From an uncultured Selenomonadales bacterium (GTDB lineage: Bacteria; Bacillota; Negativicutes; Selenomonadales; Selenomonadaceae), in NCBI GenBank assembly GCA_946408355.1, contig CAMJRX010000005.1, positions 11,568 to 75,567 of the forward strand: 64,000 nucleotides of DNA. The letters are read 5' to 3'. Made by a program: the position numbers and the translations under genes. The notes beneath the pieces are model-generated. The model was given only the letters and a program-made list of their open reading frames with translations. It was not told where the DNA came from and made no database searches. Position 1 is the stretch's first letter, and each line of letters opens with the position of its first letter. Below, one piece after another: positions 54,179-64,000 of this stretch.

Positions 54179-55150
54179 TTGGTTATGAATTGCAATCCGT
54201 TCACGCTAGGACATTTACACTTAGTTGAGTATGCGGCGGCTAAAGTCGTTAAGCTTTATATTTTCGTTGTAGAAGAAGACAAAAGCGAATTCCCCTTTGC
54301 AGACAGGATAGAACTCGTGCGGCAAGGCGTGAAGAATTTTTCTAACGTCGAAGTTTTGCCGAGCGGGAAATTTATAATTTCTCAACAAACATTTTCCGGT
54401 TACTTTAACAAGGCGTCGTTACAAGACGTAGCTGTTGATTCGAGCGAGGATGTTGAGATTTTCGCTAAAGAAATTGCGCCGACGTTGGGAATTACAATCC
54501 GTTTTGCGGGCGAAGAACCTAAAGATAACGTCACACGACAATACAACGAAAACATGAAAAAAATTCTTCCGCGCTATGGCATTGAGTTTTGCGAAATTCC
54601 GCGTAAAGAATTGGATGACGAGCCGATAAGCGCAAGCACAGTTCGTGCGGCTCTTAAGAATGGCGACTTTGACAAAGTTAAAAGATTCGTGCCGGATACG
54701 ACTTTTAATTATCTTCTTAAACATCATGCGGAACTTAAACTTCATTCTACTGCCAGAGTAGATATTAAATTAGCGACAACGACAGGTGACTTTCTATTAC
54801 TGTCCATATCAGACGAAAATGCGGAAATGTGGAAGCCTACCGCGTGGCAACAAAAAGGCGATATTGGTTATCAGATTGAGTCTTACGCTGGGAAATTGGA
54901 ATTCATAACTAAATCGACAGTGGAAGGTCAAGTTATTTTATCGCTTTTGGGATTAGATGTTCGTACACCAGAGGATTACTCTAAACGAATTCCTTACTGG
55001 ATTGACTACACGAAACTGATAGTGAACGGGCAGAAAATATTTAATACCGTCACTCCTGCTTGGCACGATAAGCCTTACCGTTATAACATTAACGCAAAAG
55101 CCGACGAGGAAATTAAAATACAAATTGAATGGTTACCACATAACAAATAA
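54179..55150 (+). CDS. Citrate lyase ligase (CitC)-like cytidylyltransferase-fold domain protein; probable C-terminal part of the split gene
   Basis: NCNPFTLGHLHLVEYAA (HxGH nucleotidyltransferase motif) and ISASTVR. There is no SD before the 54179 TTG. Confidence 0.7.
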   Translation: MVMNCNPFTLGHLHLVEYAAAKVVKLYIFVVEEDKSEFPFADRIELVRQGVKNFSNVEVLPSGKFIISQQTFSGYFNKASLQDVAVDSSEDVEIFAKEIAPTLGITIRFAGEEPKDNVTRQYNENMKKILPRYGIEFCEIPRKELDDEPISASTVRAALKNGDFDKVKRFVPDTTFNYLLKHHAELKLHSTARVDIKLATTTGDFLLLSISDENAEMWKPTAWQQKGDIGYQIESYAGKLEFITKSTVEGQVILSLLGLDVRTPEDYSKRIPYWIDYTKLIVNGQKIFNTVTPAWHDKPYRYNINAKADEEIKIQIEWLPHNK

Positions 55151-55164
55151 GCGGAAATAATTGG

Positions 55165-55189
55165 CGGGGTCTTCGGGCTCCGTTTTTTT
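55165..55189 (+). terminator. Rho-independent terminator
   Basis: cggggtc-ttcg-ggctccg followed by ttttttt. Confidence 0.6.
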
Positions 55190-55190
55190 A

Positions 55191-55219
55191 TTGCGCACAG
55201 AAAAATTCTTTGCTAAAAT
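55191..55219 (+). promoter_or_regulatory. Promoter with an extended -10
   Basis: TTGCGC, a 17-nt spacer, TAAAAT, preceded by TGC. Confidence 0.5.
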
Positions 55220-55243
55220 CATAAAAATTTTGGAGGTGTTAAA

Positions 55244-56344
55244 ATGGCTGATTCATCGGTTAGTTATAAATGTCCGAATTGCGGTGCGCCGCTTAGCTTT
55301 TTACCCGGCAAAAAAACTGTTACCTGCGAATACTGCGGCACGGAATTTGAAGTCAGCGCGATTGAGGAGTTATTCCGCGCTAAACAAGAAATGGCGGTTC
55401 AAGCGGCAGAGGCTCAAGAATCTAAATGGGAGATTGAAGACGCCGGCTCGGAATGGTCAAGCGACGAGGCTAAAGCTCTTCATGCGTTTACCTGCTCAAG
55501 TTGTGGCGCAGAACTCGTTTGCGACGAAAATACTATGGCGACTGAATGCGTTTATTGCGGCAACCCAACAATGATTCCAAAACGTTTCGACGGCATGTTA
55601 AAGCCCGATTTCGTTATTCCGTTTAAAAAAACCAAACAAGACGCCGTTAACGCACTTAAGGAATTTTACAAGGGTCATATGCTCTTGCCCAGCAATTTTA
55701 CTGCTAACAATCGCGTAGAGGCTATTCAACCTATGTACGTGCCATTTTGGCTATTCGATTCTAAAATCACCGCGCAGGCTGAATTCCGCGCCGAAAAACA
55801 CCATATCATTAGTACGTCTGATGAAGTTATCACCGAGATAAGCGTTTACAACTGCCGCCGCAAAGGCGTTATGAGTTTTGAACGAATTCCCGTTGACGGC
55901 TCCAAGAAAATGGACGATGCCTATATGGAGAGCATTGAGCCTTTCGACTACAGCGACCTTGTTGAGTTCAGTGCGGCTTATTTTACAGGCTATCTTGCCG
56001 ACAAATACGACGTGACTGCTGAGACCTCTTCAGCTCGCGCAAATAGACGAGTTGAGAATAGCGCGATTGAAGTCTTGAAAAGTTCCGTAGAAAATTTTGA
56101 CGACGTGCAACTCGAAAGTGCCGCCGTTAAAAAAGATGTCGGCAAGGTAAGCTATGCTATGGTGCCAGTGTGGATTTTGACTACGCGCTACAACGACAGA
56201 CCCTATACTTTTATGATGAACGGACAAACCGGTAAAGTTGTCGGCTCGTTGCCCTATGACAAGACGAAAGCTTTTATTTATCCCGCGCTGTGCTCGCTGG
56301 TGCTTGCGCCAATTCTGTATTTTATAATCAGTGCTTTGCTTTAA
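55244..56344 (+). CDS. Zinc-ribbon protein with a C-terminal transmembrane helix (hypothetical)
   Basis: Two CxxC...CxxC ribbons (CPNCG..CEYCG; CSSCG..CVYCG). Hydrophobic C-terminus. Confidence 0.6.
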   Translation: MADSSVSYKCPNCGAPLSFLPGKKTVTCEYCGTEFEVSAIEELFRAKQEMAVQAAEAQESKWEIEDAGSEWSSDEAKALHAFTCSSCGAELVCDENTMATECVYCGNPTMIPKRFDGMLKPDFVIPFKKTKQDAVNALKEFYKGHMLLPSNFTANNRVEAIQPMYVPFWLFDSKITAQAEFRAEKHHIISTSDEVITEISVYNCRRKGVMSFERIPVDGSKKMDDAYMESIEPFDYSDLVEFSAAYFTGYLADKYDVTAETSSARANRRVENSAIEVLKSSVENFDDVQLESAAVKKDVGKVSYAMVPVWILTTRYNDRPYTFMMNGQTGKVVGSLPYDKTKAFIYPALCSLVLAPILYFIISALL

Positions 56345-56359
56345 TAAGGAGGTGGCGTC

Positions 56360-57112
56360 ATGTTAAAAAAATTTTTAAGTTTGATTGCGATGATTCTGCT
56401 GATAAGTTTTTTTTCTATGGCAAGTGCCGCGCAGTCCGTCACTGATAAGGCGGGAGTTCTTAAAGGTACCGAGATTGAATTGCTTAATCAAAAAATTCAC
56501 GAGATTGAACGGGCGCATAAAATAAAAATCGGCGTCTCCTTTGTCAAATCTTTAGACGGGCGCGATATAGTTCAGGCGTCTGATGATATTTTATACCAAA
56601 ATTTTTCCAACGGCAAAAACGGCGGGATTGTCCTTTTAGTCGATATGAATGACCGTAAATATGAAATGGCTACGGATACGCGCATGCTTGAGCAAATTAC
56701 GGACAGTGACGGCATACCGTTTTTGAAAGATAAATTTACTTCCGACTTGAGCGCGGGCAATTACTACGGCGCAGTTAATAATTTTGCTGACGGCGTTGAT
56801 GAGCTTATGACTTATTACGAAACGAACGGCGTTGCTTACGGGCAGAGGATGCCTGGCGAAATTGATCCTATGGCGGCAGGTTTAGCCGTCATTATTGCAA
56901 TTTTTCTCGGCGTGATGATTCGTTCGATACTTATTGGTTTGATGAGCAATGTTCATCACGCTACGGCGGCGAGTGATTATCTCAAGAAAAATACCGTCAA
57001 GATTTTTGACAATCACGACACCTTCCTATTTATGACTGTTAAACGTCGTCCGAAAAGTAGCAGTAGTCGAAGTGGCGGTCACAGCGGCGGCGGAGGCGGC
57101 GGCAGTTTCTAA
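56360..57112 (+). CDS. TPM-domain protein (YgcG-like) with a Gly-rich tail
   Basis: Signal peptide, TPM-like domain (V.D.AGVL...E...L), transmembrane helix, C-terminal GGHSGGGGGGSF. Confidence 0.7.
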   Translation: MLKKFLSLIAMILLISFFSMASAAQSVTDKAGVLKGTEIELLNQKIHEIERAHKIKIGVSFVKSLDGRDIVQASDDILYQNFSNGKNGGIVLLVDMNDRKYEMATDTRMLEQITDSDGIPFLKDKFTSDLSAGNYYGAVNNFADGVDELMTYYETNGVAYGQRMPGEIDPMAAGLAVIIAIFLGVMIRSILIGLMSNVHHATAASDYLKKNTVKIFDNHDTFLFMTVKRRPKSSSSRSGGHSGGGGGGSF

Positions 57113-57131
57113 ATTATTTGTTTTAACGAAA

Positions 57132-57166
57132 AATCTTCTGCGCATTTTAACGTGGAGGATTTTTTG
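57132..57166 (+). terminator. Putative terminator after the TPM gene
   Basis: aatcttc...gaggatt followed by ttttt. The loop is large, so confidence is moderate. Confidence 0.4.
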
Positions 57167-57217
57167 TTGCATGAATGATTCGCTATCTGCTAAAATAATT
57201 TAAGAGGAGGTTTTAAC

Positions 57218-58129
57218 ATGGGATTTTTTGACAGACTAAAAGCGGGCTTGACTAAAACCCGCGAGAAATTTATTGACAAGATTGACGAAATCCTCCACAG
57301 CTCGACGAAAATTGACGAAGACCTTTTAGACGAGTTGGAGGAAACTTTGATAACTTCTGATGTTGGCATGGCGACGACGGAAAAATTAATCGCTGGACTT
57401 CGCAAGGGCGTGCGCAAAGCTGAAATAAAATCGCCCGCCGACGTGAAAAATTTTTTGTCGAATCAAATTCGCGATATACTTACAGAGGAAGAAGGCACAT
57501 TAATCAATGTCGAACCGCCGCGAGTAATTTTGATGATAGGCGTAAACGGCGCGGGAAAAACTACGACTATTGGCAAGCTCGGCGCGTATTACAAGTCGCA
57601 AGGCAAAAAAGTTATGATGGCGGCGGCTGATACTTTCCGCGCAGGAGCGATTGACCAACTTGAGATTTGGGCGCAACGAACGGGTGCGGCGTTTATCAAA
57701 CACTCCGAAGGCTCCAATCCGTCAAGCGTGGCTCTCGATGCCGCAAGAAGTGCCGTTGCTCAAAAAATGGACGTGCTGTTAGTCGACACGGCTGGACGCT
57801 TGCAAAATAAGTATAATTTAATGGAAGAGCTTAAGAAAATTAATCGTATACTCGGCAAGGGAATTCACGGTGCGCCGCATGAAGTTTTACTCGTCCTCGA
57901 CGCGACGACTGGTCAAAATGCTTTGCGGCAAGCGGAATTATTTTCGCAGACGGCGGGCATAACAGGCATTGTCTTAACCAAACTCGACGGCACGGCTAAG
58001 GGCGGAATGATTATCGGCATAAAAGAACATCTCAAAATTCCAGTCAAATGGGTTGGCGTTGGTGAACGGCTTGACGATTTGAGACCATTTAACGCTAAAG
58101 AATTTGCAGATGCGTTGTTTGGACTTTAA
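57218..58129 (+). CDS. ftsY: Signal recognition particle receptor FtsY
   Basis: GVNGAGKTTTIGKL, DTAGR, TKLDGTAKGG. Confidence 0.95.
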   Translation: MGFFDRLKAGLTKTREKFIDKIDEILHSSTKIDEDLLDELEETLITSDVGMATTEKLIAGLRKGVRKAEIKSPADVKNFLSNQIRDILTEEEGTLINVEPPRVILMIGVNGAGKTTTIGKLGAYYKSQGKKVMMAAADTFRAGAIDQLEIWAQRTGAAFIKHSEGSNPSSVALDAARSAVAQKMDVLLVDTAGRLQNKYNLMEELKKINRILGKGIHGAPHEVLLVLDATTGQNALRQAELFSQTAGITGIVLTKLDGTAKGGMIIGIKEHLKIPVKWVGVGERLDDLRPFNAKEFADALFGL

Positions 58130-58701
58130 AAGCTGTGAGTGTAGCCTATTGAAAATCCAAGCGTGTTATAGCCGGGGTTGTGCCTGTGTAGACCGTTGGA
58201 AAAATGACTGAAATAATAGCCCAGACTGATTGAATCGTCTTCGCGGAATTGCCACGTGAGGCGCGGACCTAATCGCCATAAAAAACCATAGGCGCGACCG
58301 TCATAGGGGTGAGCTTTATTGTATAGCATAAACGAGCCGGAAAAATCTAACGAGCCGTGAAGTTTACCCGAAACTTTTTTATCCCAACGCACCATGAACG
58401 CAGGACCTAATCCGACGCCTTGACTGTCGTGGTGAACGCCGCCGTCCTTGCGCGGATTTGTATAGCCGAGTGCTCGCGTAAAAGTTAAGCCGCGCCAATA
58501 ACTCATGACGCCGTTATCTGTGACTTTCTCGAAAAAATGGGCGTTATAATTGTTGACGTGGCGTTGACTGAACGTTTTGCCTTCAAGATATTCCAGTTGA
58601 ATTTCGTTGGCGTCCTCGAAAATTTTTTCTCCGACGTCTTCGGCACTCGCAACAGAACCGCTTATCAAACAAATTGTAAGTAGTGACAAAAATTTTTTCA
58701 T
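58126..58701 (-). CDS. PagL-like / acyloxyacyl hydrolase-family outer-membrane beta-barrel protein
   Basis: Signal peptide MKKFLSLLTICLISGSVASA and a C-terminal ...GYTHSF (terminal Phe). ATG 58701 follows GGAGG. Confidence 0.6.
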   Translation of the reverse strand: MKKFLSLLTICLISGSVASAEDVGEKIFEDANEIQLEYLEGKTFSQRHVNNYNAHFFEKVTDNGVMSYWRGLTFTRALGYTNPRKDGGVHHDSQGVGLGPAFMVRWDKKVSGKLHGSLDFSGSFMLYNKAHPYDGRAYGFLWRLGPRLTWQFREDDSISLGYYFSHFSNGLHRHNPGYNTLGFSIGYTHSF

Positions 58702-58782
58702 GCATCGCCGCCTCCTAATTTTTTTTACAAGTTTATCGCAACGAAAATTTTTTGGCAACGTGAATTTTACTGAGGTGATACT

Positions 58783-59535
58783 TTGAATATATTATTGACG
58801 AATGACGACGGGATTAAAGGCGCGGGGCTTTGGGCGTTGGCTAATGCGCTGAAAATTCGCGGACATGAGGCTACAATCGCCGCGCCGCTCAATCAGCAAA
58901 GCGGAATGTCTCATGCGTTGGGGCTTATGCGCGAAATTGAATATAAACGTTTCAACAATCCCGACTTTGAGGCGTGGACTTTTGACGGTACGCCAACTGA
59001 TTGCGTAAAAATTTATTTGGAAGGCATGAGCAATAAAAAATTCGACGCGCTGATTTCCGGCATAAATGACGGCGCGAATCTTGCGACTGATGTTTTATAT
59101 TCGGGGACGGTTGGTGCGGCGATTGAGGGCTTTCTTCATGCGATACCGTCGCTTGCCGTGTCCTTGAATAAAAATTCGGCGATAACTTTCGACACGTCGG
59201 CAGAGGCGACAATTAACTATCTGGAAAAAATTTTAGCCGTTAAGCACGAACCATTCTTGCACAATTTAAATTTCCCAAAAAGATTCCGCGCAGATAAGCC
59301 CGAATTCATCAGCACGCGACTTGGACAACGCGATTATATCAACGCCTTCACAAGCCACACCGACGACACGGGACGCGCTTATTTTAAAATCGGCGGAACA
59401 ATCGTTGACTTAGACGCGGGCGAGGGCACTGACATTTATGCGACTGAACACGGCTTTGTTTCGATTACGCCGCTCCATTGCGACACCGCCGATTACGAGG
59501 CGATTGTTGAGCTACGTAAAATTTTCAGAGGTTAA
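58783..59535 (+). CDS. surE: 5'/3'-nucleotidase SurE
   Basis: ILLTNDDGI, GINDGANL, YSGTVGAA. Confidence 0.92.
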   Translation: MNILLTNDDGIKGAGLWALANALKIRGHEATIAAPLNQQSGMSHALGLMREIEYKRFNNPDFEAWTFDGTPTDCVKIYLEGMSNKKFDALISGINDGANLATDVLYSGTVGAAIEGFLHAIPSLAVSLNKNSAITFDTSAEATINYLEKILAVKHEPFLHNLNFPKRFRADKPEFISTRLGQRDYINAFTSHTDDTGRAYFKIGGTIVDLDAGEGTDIYATEHGFVSITPLHCDTADYEAIVELRKIFRG

Positions 59536-59537
59536 AG

Positions 59538-60713
59538 ATGGACGATTATACTTGGCGAAAACGACTTGAGGCGCGGCGCAGGCGTCGACAGCAGGAAAGA
59601 TTATTCGCATTGGCATTGCTGGTTATGATTTTGACTGCCGCGTTCTTGTACTTTTCTGTCTACACTAAAACGCCCGAATACGCAATGCGCGAAATGGTTG
59701 AGGCTTATCGTTCGGGCGACGCTGAAACTTTCCGTCGTCACGTCGATTTGAATTCAATCACGCTTACCGCTTATGACGATTTGACGAGCGACTTGTTTAA
59801 ATACGACACGCAACTTTCTGACCGTGAGCGCAGTTTGTTTGAAAATTTTTACGTGCTGATTCGGCGGCAAATGTGCAACGGCGCGGTTAAAGTTATCAAC
59901 GATTACATTGACACGCGAGAATGGACATTGCCGGGCGGAATTTTAAAGGGGCGGCAATTGGGCATTGACTACGATTTATTGCTTGACCGTTCGTTGATTC
60001 GGCACACGTCGTTTATTGATTTAGAGGGCGTAGAACATCACGGCGACGAGGCGACAGCAAGTTTTAGCATTGTCGAGGATTATTCGCAGGTGCCGTTCGT
60101 ATTGAAAGTTACGCTTAAAGATTTGGCAAACGAGAGCTTTAACATTGGCGGCAACGAGTTTGAAATTTTTGGCAAGAAGTTAAAATTTCCAGGTTTCACG
60201 TTCAATTTGAGCGGTAGCGATTGGAAGATTGTCAGCGTTGATAATTATCGCGGTTATCTTGATGCGGCGTCGCCGATTCTGCGGAAAAATTTGGCGGATT
60301 ATATCGACGCGACGGAAGAAATTATTTATCGCTACAATCGGGCGTTCGAGGCGGAGCAGAATAATTTTATTTCCTTGCAGAGGTCGCCGTATGGAATTAT
60401 GTTGGCGAATCAGCGCACGGAAACTTCAAACTACATAACGAACACGATAATTCCCTCGCTAGAAAGTAGACAGGCGGAACTTGATGAAATTCCCGTGCCA
60501 GAGGGCGCACAATTTTTAGCGAACTTGCGCAAAGAGTCGACGCGGGTGACAATTTTGGCATGGCAGTCGTATATTAAAGGAATTACAGAGAACAGCGCGG
60601 CAGATTTAGACACGGCAGAAAGTTTGCATAAACAAGAACTCGTACTTGATCAGCGCATAGAAGAAATTGTTCACAACTCGGCGATTGCAAGGAATTTGCC
60701 CGAATTACCATAG
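59538..60713 (+). CDS. Membrane-anchored hypothetical protein
   Basis: Arg-rich N-terminus followed by one transmembrane helix. I recognise no domain. Confidence 0.55.
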   Translation: MDDYTWRKRLEARRRRRQQERLFALALLVMILTAAFLYFSVYTKTPEYAMREMVEAYRSGDAETFRRHVDLNSITLTAYDDLTSDLFKYDTQLSDRERSLFENFYVLIRRQMCNGAVKVINDYIDTREWTLPGGILKGRQLGIDYDLLLDRSLIRHTSFIDLEGVEHHGDEATASFSIVEDYSQVPFVLKVTLKDLANESFNIGGNEFEIFGKKLKFPGFTFNLSGSDWKIVSVDNYRGYLDAASPILRKNLADYIDATEEIIYRYNRAFEAEQNNFISLQRSPYGIMLANQRTETSNYITNTIIPSLESRQAELDEIPVPEGAQFLANLRKESTRVTILAWQSYIKGITENSAADLDTAESLHKQELVLDQRIEEIVHNSAIARNLPELP

Positions 60714-60773
60714 ACGACAATAAAAAATGACAGCCGCGAATTTTCTCGTGACTGTCAAATTTTTTTGCCGTTA

Positions 60774-62192
60774 TTAAAGAATAAACTGGGACAAATCTCG
60801 ATTTTTGGCAATTTCCTTTAGTCGCTCATCGACATATGCCGCGTCGATAACGACTTCCGTTTTGCCGTCCTTAACCATATCGGGAGCCTCAAATGAAATT
60901 TCCTCAAGCAATTTTTCAAGCAACGTGTGCAAGCGACGTGCGCCAATATCTTCCGATTGCTCGTTGACGTTTTCGGCAAGCTCGGCAATGCGTTCGATTG
61001 CCTCCGGTTGAAAATCTAATGCAAGACCTTCCGTCTGCAAAAGCGATTTATATTGTTTAAGTAATGCGTTTTGCGGTTCCGTCAAAATTTTCTCAAAGTC
61101 AGCTTTAAGCAATGATTTAAGCTCGACGCGAATCGGGAAACGTCCTTGCAATTCTGGGATAAGGTCGGAAGGCTTAGCCGTATGGAACGCGCCCGCCGCG
61201 ATAAACAAAATGTAATCTGTCTTGACGGGACCGTATTTAGTCATGACGGTGGAGCCTTCGACAATGGGCAGAATATCACGTTGCACGCCCTCGCGGCTTA
61301 CGTCCGGACCGGAGCTTGAGCCTTTGACGGCAACTTTATCAATCTCGTCAAGAAAGACAATTCCACTGCGTTCAGCAAGCTCGACGGCGGCTTCAGAGAC
61401 TTCCTCCATGTCGATAAGTTTTTCTGCTTCTTCCTGCTCAAGAATTTTTCGGGCGACGGCGACGGTAACTTTACGTTTACGCATACGCTTAGGCATGAGA
61501 CTTGACACCATGTCTTGAAGATTATCGCCCATGCCCTCCAAGCTTGAACCTGAAAACATTCCGACCATTGGTTTTGCGTGGTCAGCAACTTCAAGCTCGA
61601 TAACTTGATCCTCCAATTTGCCCGCCAACAATCTTTTACGAATAAATTCGCGTCCGGGCTTTTTAGAAGTGTCCTCTTCGACGGGTTGCGGTTCAGAATC
61701 AGCATTGCCGAAAAGTTTACCCAACGGATTTTGAGAACGTTTAGGTTCGGGGACAAGCACGTCTAAAAGCCGCTCCAAAGCATTGGCGGCGGCTTTTTCT
61801 TTAACTTCTTCGGTTTTCTGCTTGCGAACCATGCGCACGGCAGTTTGAACGAGGTCGCGAATCATTGAATCAACATCGCGCCCGACGTAGCCGACTTCCG
61901 TAAATTTGGTTGCCTCGACTTTAACAAACGGTGCTTTGACGAGCTTAGCAAGGCGACGCGCAATTTCAGTTTTGCCGACGCCGGTTGAGCCAATCATCAA
62001 AATATTTTTCGGGATAACGTCGTCTTTCATGTCTTCGGGCAGATTGTGACTGCGCCAACGATTTCTAAGGGCTATAGCGACAGATTTTTTTGCCTCGTTT
62101 TGACCGACGATAAATTTATCAAGTTCGGCGACAATCTCGCGTGGCGTCTGATCGTTCAGCCCAAGTTGAGTAGTAGATTTTTTTACGTCCAA
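60774..62192 (-). CDS. hslU: ATP-dependent protease ATPase subunit HslU
   Basis: [42 protein letters not shown] start 8 nt after GGAGG. No hslV is adjacent. Confidence 0.93.
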   Translation of the reverse strand: MDVKKSTTQLGLNDQTPREIVAELDKFIVGQNEAKKSVAIALRNRWRSHNLPEDMKDDVIPKNILMIGSTGVGKTEIARRLAKLVKAPFVKVEATKFTEVGYVGRDVDSMIRDLVQTAVRMVRKQKTEEVKEKAAANALERLLDVLVPEPKRSQNPLGKLFGNADSEPQPVEEDTSKKPGREFIRKRLLAGKLEDQVIELEVADHAKPMVGMFSGSSLEGMGDNLQDMVSSLMPKRMRKRKVTVAVARKILEQEEAEKLIDMEEVSEAAVELAERSGIVFLDEIDKVAVKGSSSGPDVSREGVQRDILPIVEGSTVMTKYGPVKTDYILFIAAGAFHTAKPSDLIPELQGRFPIRVELKSLLKADFEKILTEPQNALLKQYKSLLQTEGLALDFQPEAIERIAELAENVNEQSEDIGARRLHTLLEKLLEEISFEAPDMVKDGKTEVVIDAAYVDERLKEIAKNRDLSQFIL

Positions 62193-62262
62193 AAAAAAGA
62201 CCTCCGTCTAGTTTTTTTTAGAATTTATGAAATTATACAGCAAGCGGCGTGCACTGTAAAGA

Positions 62263-63015
62263 TTAATCATCGACGCTTATATTTCTGTCAGCAAGTAGAT
62301 TCATAGAAGCGATAACTTCTGCGCGTTCGTTCAAATTAATTTCCGCAGTTAAAATTTCCTCGCCGCGTCCGCTCTCGACGACGACTTCACCACGCGGATT
62401 GACGACCTCCGACTTGCCGGAACTATTCGCGAAGACTATAAAAATTTGATTCTCAATCGCCCGTGCCTTAGTCAAAATTTGTCGTGGCGTTAAACGTTTC
62501 AAACTCCATGTGGCAGGAATAAAAATAATTTCCGCGCCCGCCAAAGCAATCTTCCTAAAAAATTCGGGGAAACGCAAATCGTAACAAATTGCCAATCCGC
62601 ACCTCACGCCGTCCAATTCGACAATGGAAATTTTATTGCCCGCGCTGAAAACTTTATCTTCTTGCGCAAAGCTGAACAAATGCGTTTTGTCGTAAGTCGC
62701 TACAATTTCCCCTTGACGATTGATGACGATACAGCGATTAAAAATCTTGCCACCGCTGTCGACAATAACTGAACCGCCGATTATATTTACGGAAAATTTT
62801 TTAGCCGCCGCGCAGAGAAATTGTTTTGTGCGTTCGCCGTCAACGTCAGCGAAATTTTCAACAGGCGTAGGATAATAACCCGTCGACCAAAGCTCCGGTA
62901 AAAGTATCACGTCTGAATTTTGCGCCGCCTCGATTAATCTTGCCGCCGTTGAAAAATTTTCTGTAATCTTTCCAAGCTCTGATTTAAATTGTGCGATTGA
63001 AATTTTCATTTTCAA
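62263..63015 (-). CDS. Carbon-nitrogen hydrolase (nitrilase superfamily)
   Basis: LPELW, the catalytic Cys context GLAICYDLRFPE, and a Glu-Lys-Cys triad pattern. Confidence 0.85.
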   Translation of the reverse strand: MKMKISIAQFKSELGKITENFSTAARLIEAAQNSDVILLPELWSTGYYPTPVENFADVDGERTKQFLCAAAKKFSVNIIGGSVIVDSGGKIFNRCIVINRQGEIVATYDKTHLFSFAQEDKVFSAGNKISIVELDGVRCGLAICYDLRFPEFFRKIALAGAEIIFIPATWSLKRLTPRQILTKARAIENQIFIVFANSSGKSEVVNPRGEVVVESGRGEEILTAEINLNERAEVIASMNLLADRNISVDD

Positions 63016-63422
63016 AACACCGGAATTTGAGCCGCGCCTCTGTCTGTCGTAAGCCGAATGTCAAACGTGACACCGCGTCTCACGAAACGCCGAAAAGCTT
63101 TTTGATACCGCGAAAGAGCTTCGGGAATCCACTTGTCGGTAAAAAGGACAACTTTCCGTTGCGGAAAAAGCCGGTCAGTATCGTTGAGCCATTTATAAAT
63201 GTGTGCAAGAATTTTTTCAAAAGTGTGTGGGTCTTCGCAAATCGTGAACAAGACGGGATAAAGTTTATTCGAGGGCGTGCCCATAGGATAAGTGTTGATT
63301 TCTTCTTCGCCGCCGCCTTCGCCAAAAATTTCATCAAAAGCTTCAATCGGCGACAAACCTTCGGCAATTATATCGGCAACTCTGTCGACAGCGCCATCAA
63401 AATCACTGTAATAGTTTCTCAT
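63012..63422 (-). CDS. Hypothetical protein (136 aa)
   Basis: An ORF with SD GAGGAGG upstream. Its stop overlaps the next start. Confidence 0.5.
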   Translation of the reverse strand: MRNYYSDFDGAVDRVADIIAEGLSPIEAFDEIFGEGGGEEEINTYPMGTPSNKLYPVLFTICEDPHTFEKILAHIYKWLNDTDRLFPQRKVVLFTDKWIPEALSRYQKAFRRFVRRGVTFDIRLTTDRGAAQIPVF

Positions 63423-63461
63423 GAAAATGCCTCCTCAAAAAATAATTCGCCGAAAAAAATC

Positions 63462-64000
63462 CTATAAATGAGCCTTCATCTTTAAAATCCTGCGAACTGA
63501 TTCGTTAATGCGTTCTTCTGAAATTTCGCCGCGTTTAACTGCCGCCAAAATGCTGTTGTAAACAATTTGCTGGCTTTCGTAGTTGTGGCAGACGAGCGCA
63601 ATATCGCCGCCCGCCAAAATCATTTTCACGCCTAACGACGGCAAATCGGTATTATTTTTTATCGCGCCCATTTCCAAATCGTCGGTTATAACAACGCCTT
63701 TAAAACCAAGTTCGTTGCGCAAAAGTCCAGTCATGACAGCGGGCGACAAGCTTGCAGAGTTCACGGGGTCAAGGGCGTCGTATTTTAAATGCCCAACCAT
63801 AATCATAAACTTTGAATTGTCATGCCAACGAATAATTTTTTTGAACGGCAAAATGTCTTCAGCGTCTAAAACTTCTTTGCTGACTTCGACGCTAGAAACT
63901 TCTTTGTGCGGGTCAATTTTGCTTCTGCCAATGCCGGGGAAATGTTTCAACGTGTAAAGGAAATTTTCTGCCTCGTAGCCCTGCGCGGCGGCGTCGACGA
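63462..64000 (-). CDS. nagZ: Beta-N-acetylhexosaminidase (GH3, NagZ-like), 5'-truncated by the window edge
   Basis: TLKHFPGIGRS..DPH motif and VITDDLEMGA. The frame stays open to nt 64000. Confidence 0.8.
   Translation of the reverse strand, partial: VDAAAQGYEAENFLYTLKHFPGIGRSKIDPHKEVSSVEVSKEVLDAEDILPFKKIIRWHDNSKFMIMVGHLKYDALDPVNSASLSPAVMTGLLRNELGFKGVVITDDLEMGAIKNNTDLPSLGVKMILAGGDIALVCHNYESQQIVYNSILAAVKRGEISEERINESVRRILKMKAHL

Overview
This is a 64-kb bacterial chromosomal window that is densely coding. I saw no rRNA or tRNA genes, no CRISPR array, and no integrase or transposase. The gene content suggests an anaerobic diderm, possibly a Negativicutes-like Firmicute; this is a guess I cannot verify here. 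Supporting genes are a PagL-like outer-membrane barrel, PssA/Psd, and a succinate-to-propionate set (succinate CoA-transferase, methylmalonyl-CoA epimerase, carboxyltransferase, biotin carrier).

Most of the window is housekeeping: eno, infC-rpmI-rplT, ftsZ, ftsY, hslU, surE, bioB, sucD, rfbB, cbiD, crcB and others.

Accessory content:
- A DpnII-like restriction-modification pair next to a decayed PLD-family nuclease gene (2-2343).
- A roughly 19-kb accessory stretch (26.5-45.4 kb).

The stand-out feature is a tightly translationally coupled seven-gene minus-strand operon (26640-40405) with its own promoter and terminator. It encodes a giant Hsp70/actin-fold ATPase, a HerA/FtsK-type P-loop ATPase with a long Ser/Asn/Thr/Gln-rich insert, a glycine-zipper membrane protein, two small unknown proteins, a dynamin-like GTPase and a Sel1-repeat protein. 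I do not recognise this combination as a described system and propose it as a candidate multi-NTPase conflict (anti-phage) or membrane-remodelling system.

Other notable items:
- An 82-bp tandem repeat between the first two operon genes, built from copies of the flanking coding sequences.
- A roughly 50-bp non-coding tandem repeat array (42187-42410).
- A BrnT/BrnA toxin-antitoxin cassette and a double-glycine-leader peptide gene, framed by near-identical promoter, RBS and terminator modules.
- A poly-C tract that splits a CitC-like ligase gene.
- Tandem DUF4422-type glycosyltransferase paralogs.

All calls come from motif recognition by eye and from the ORF track. No database searches were run.
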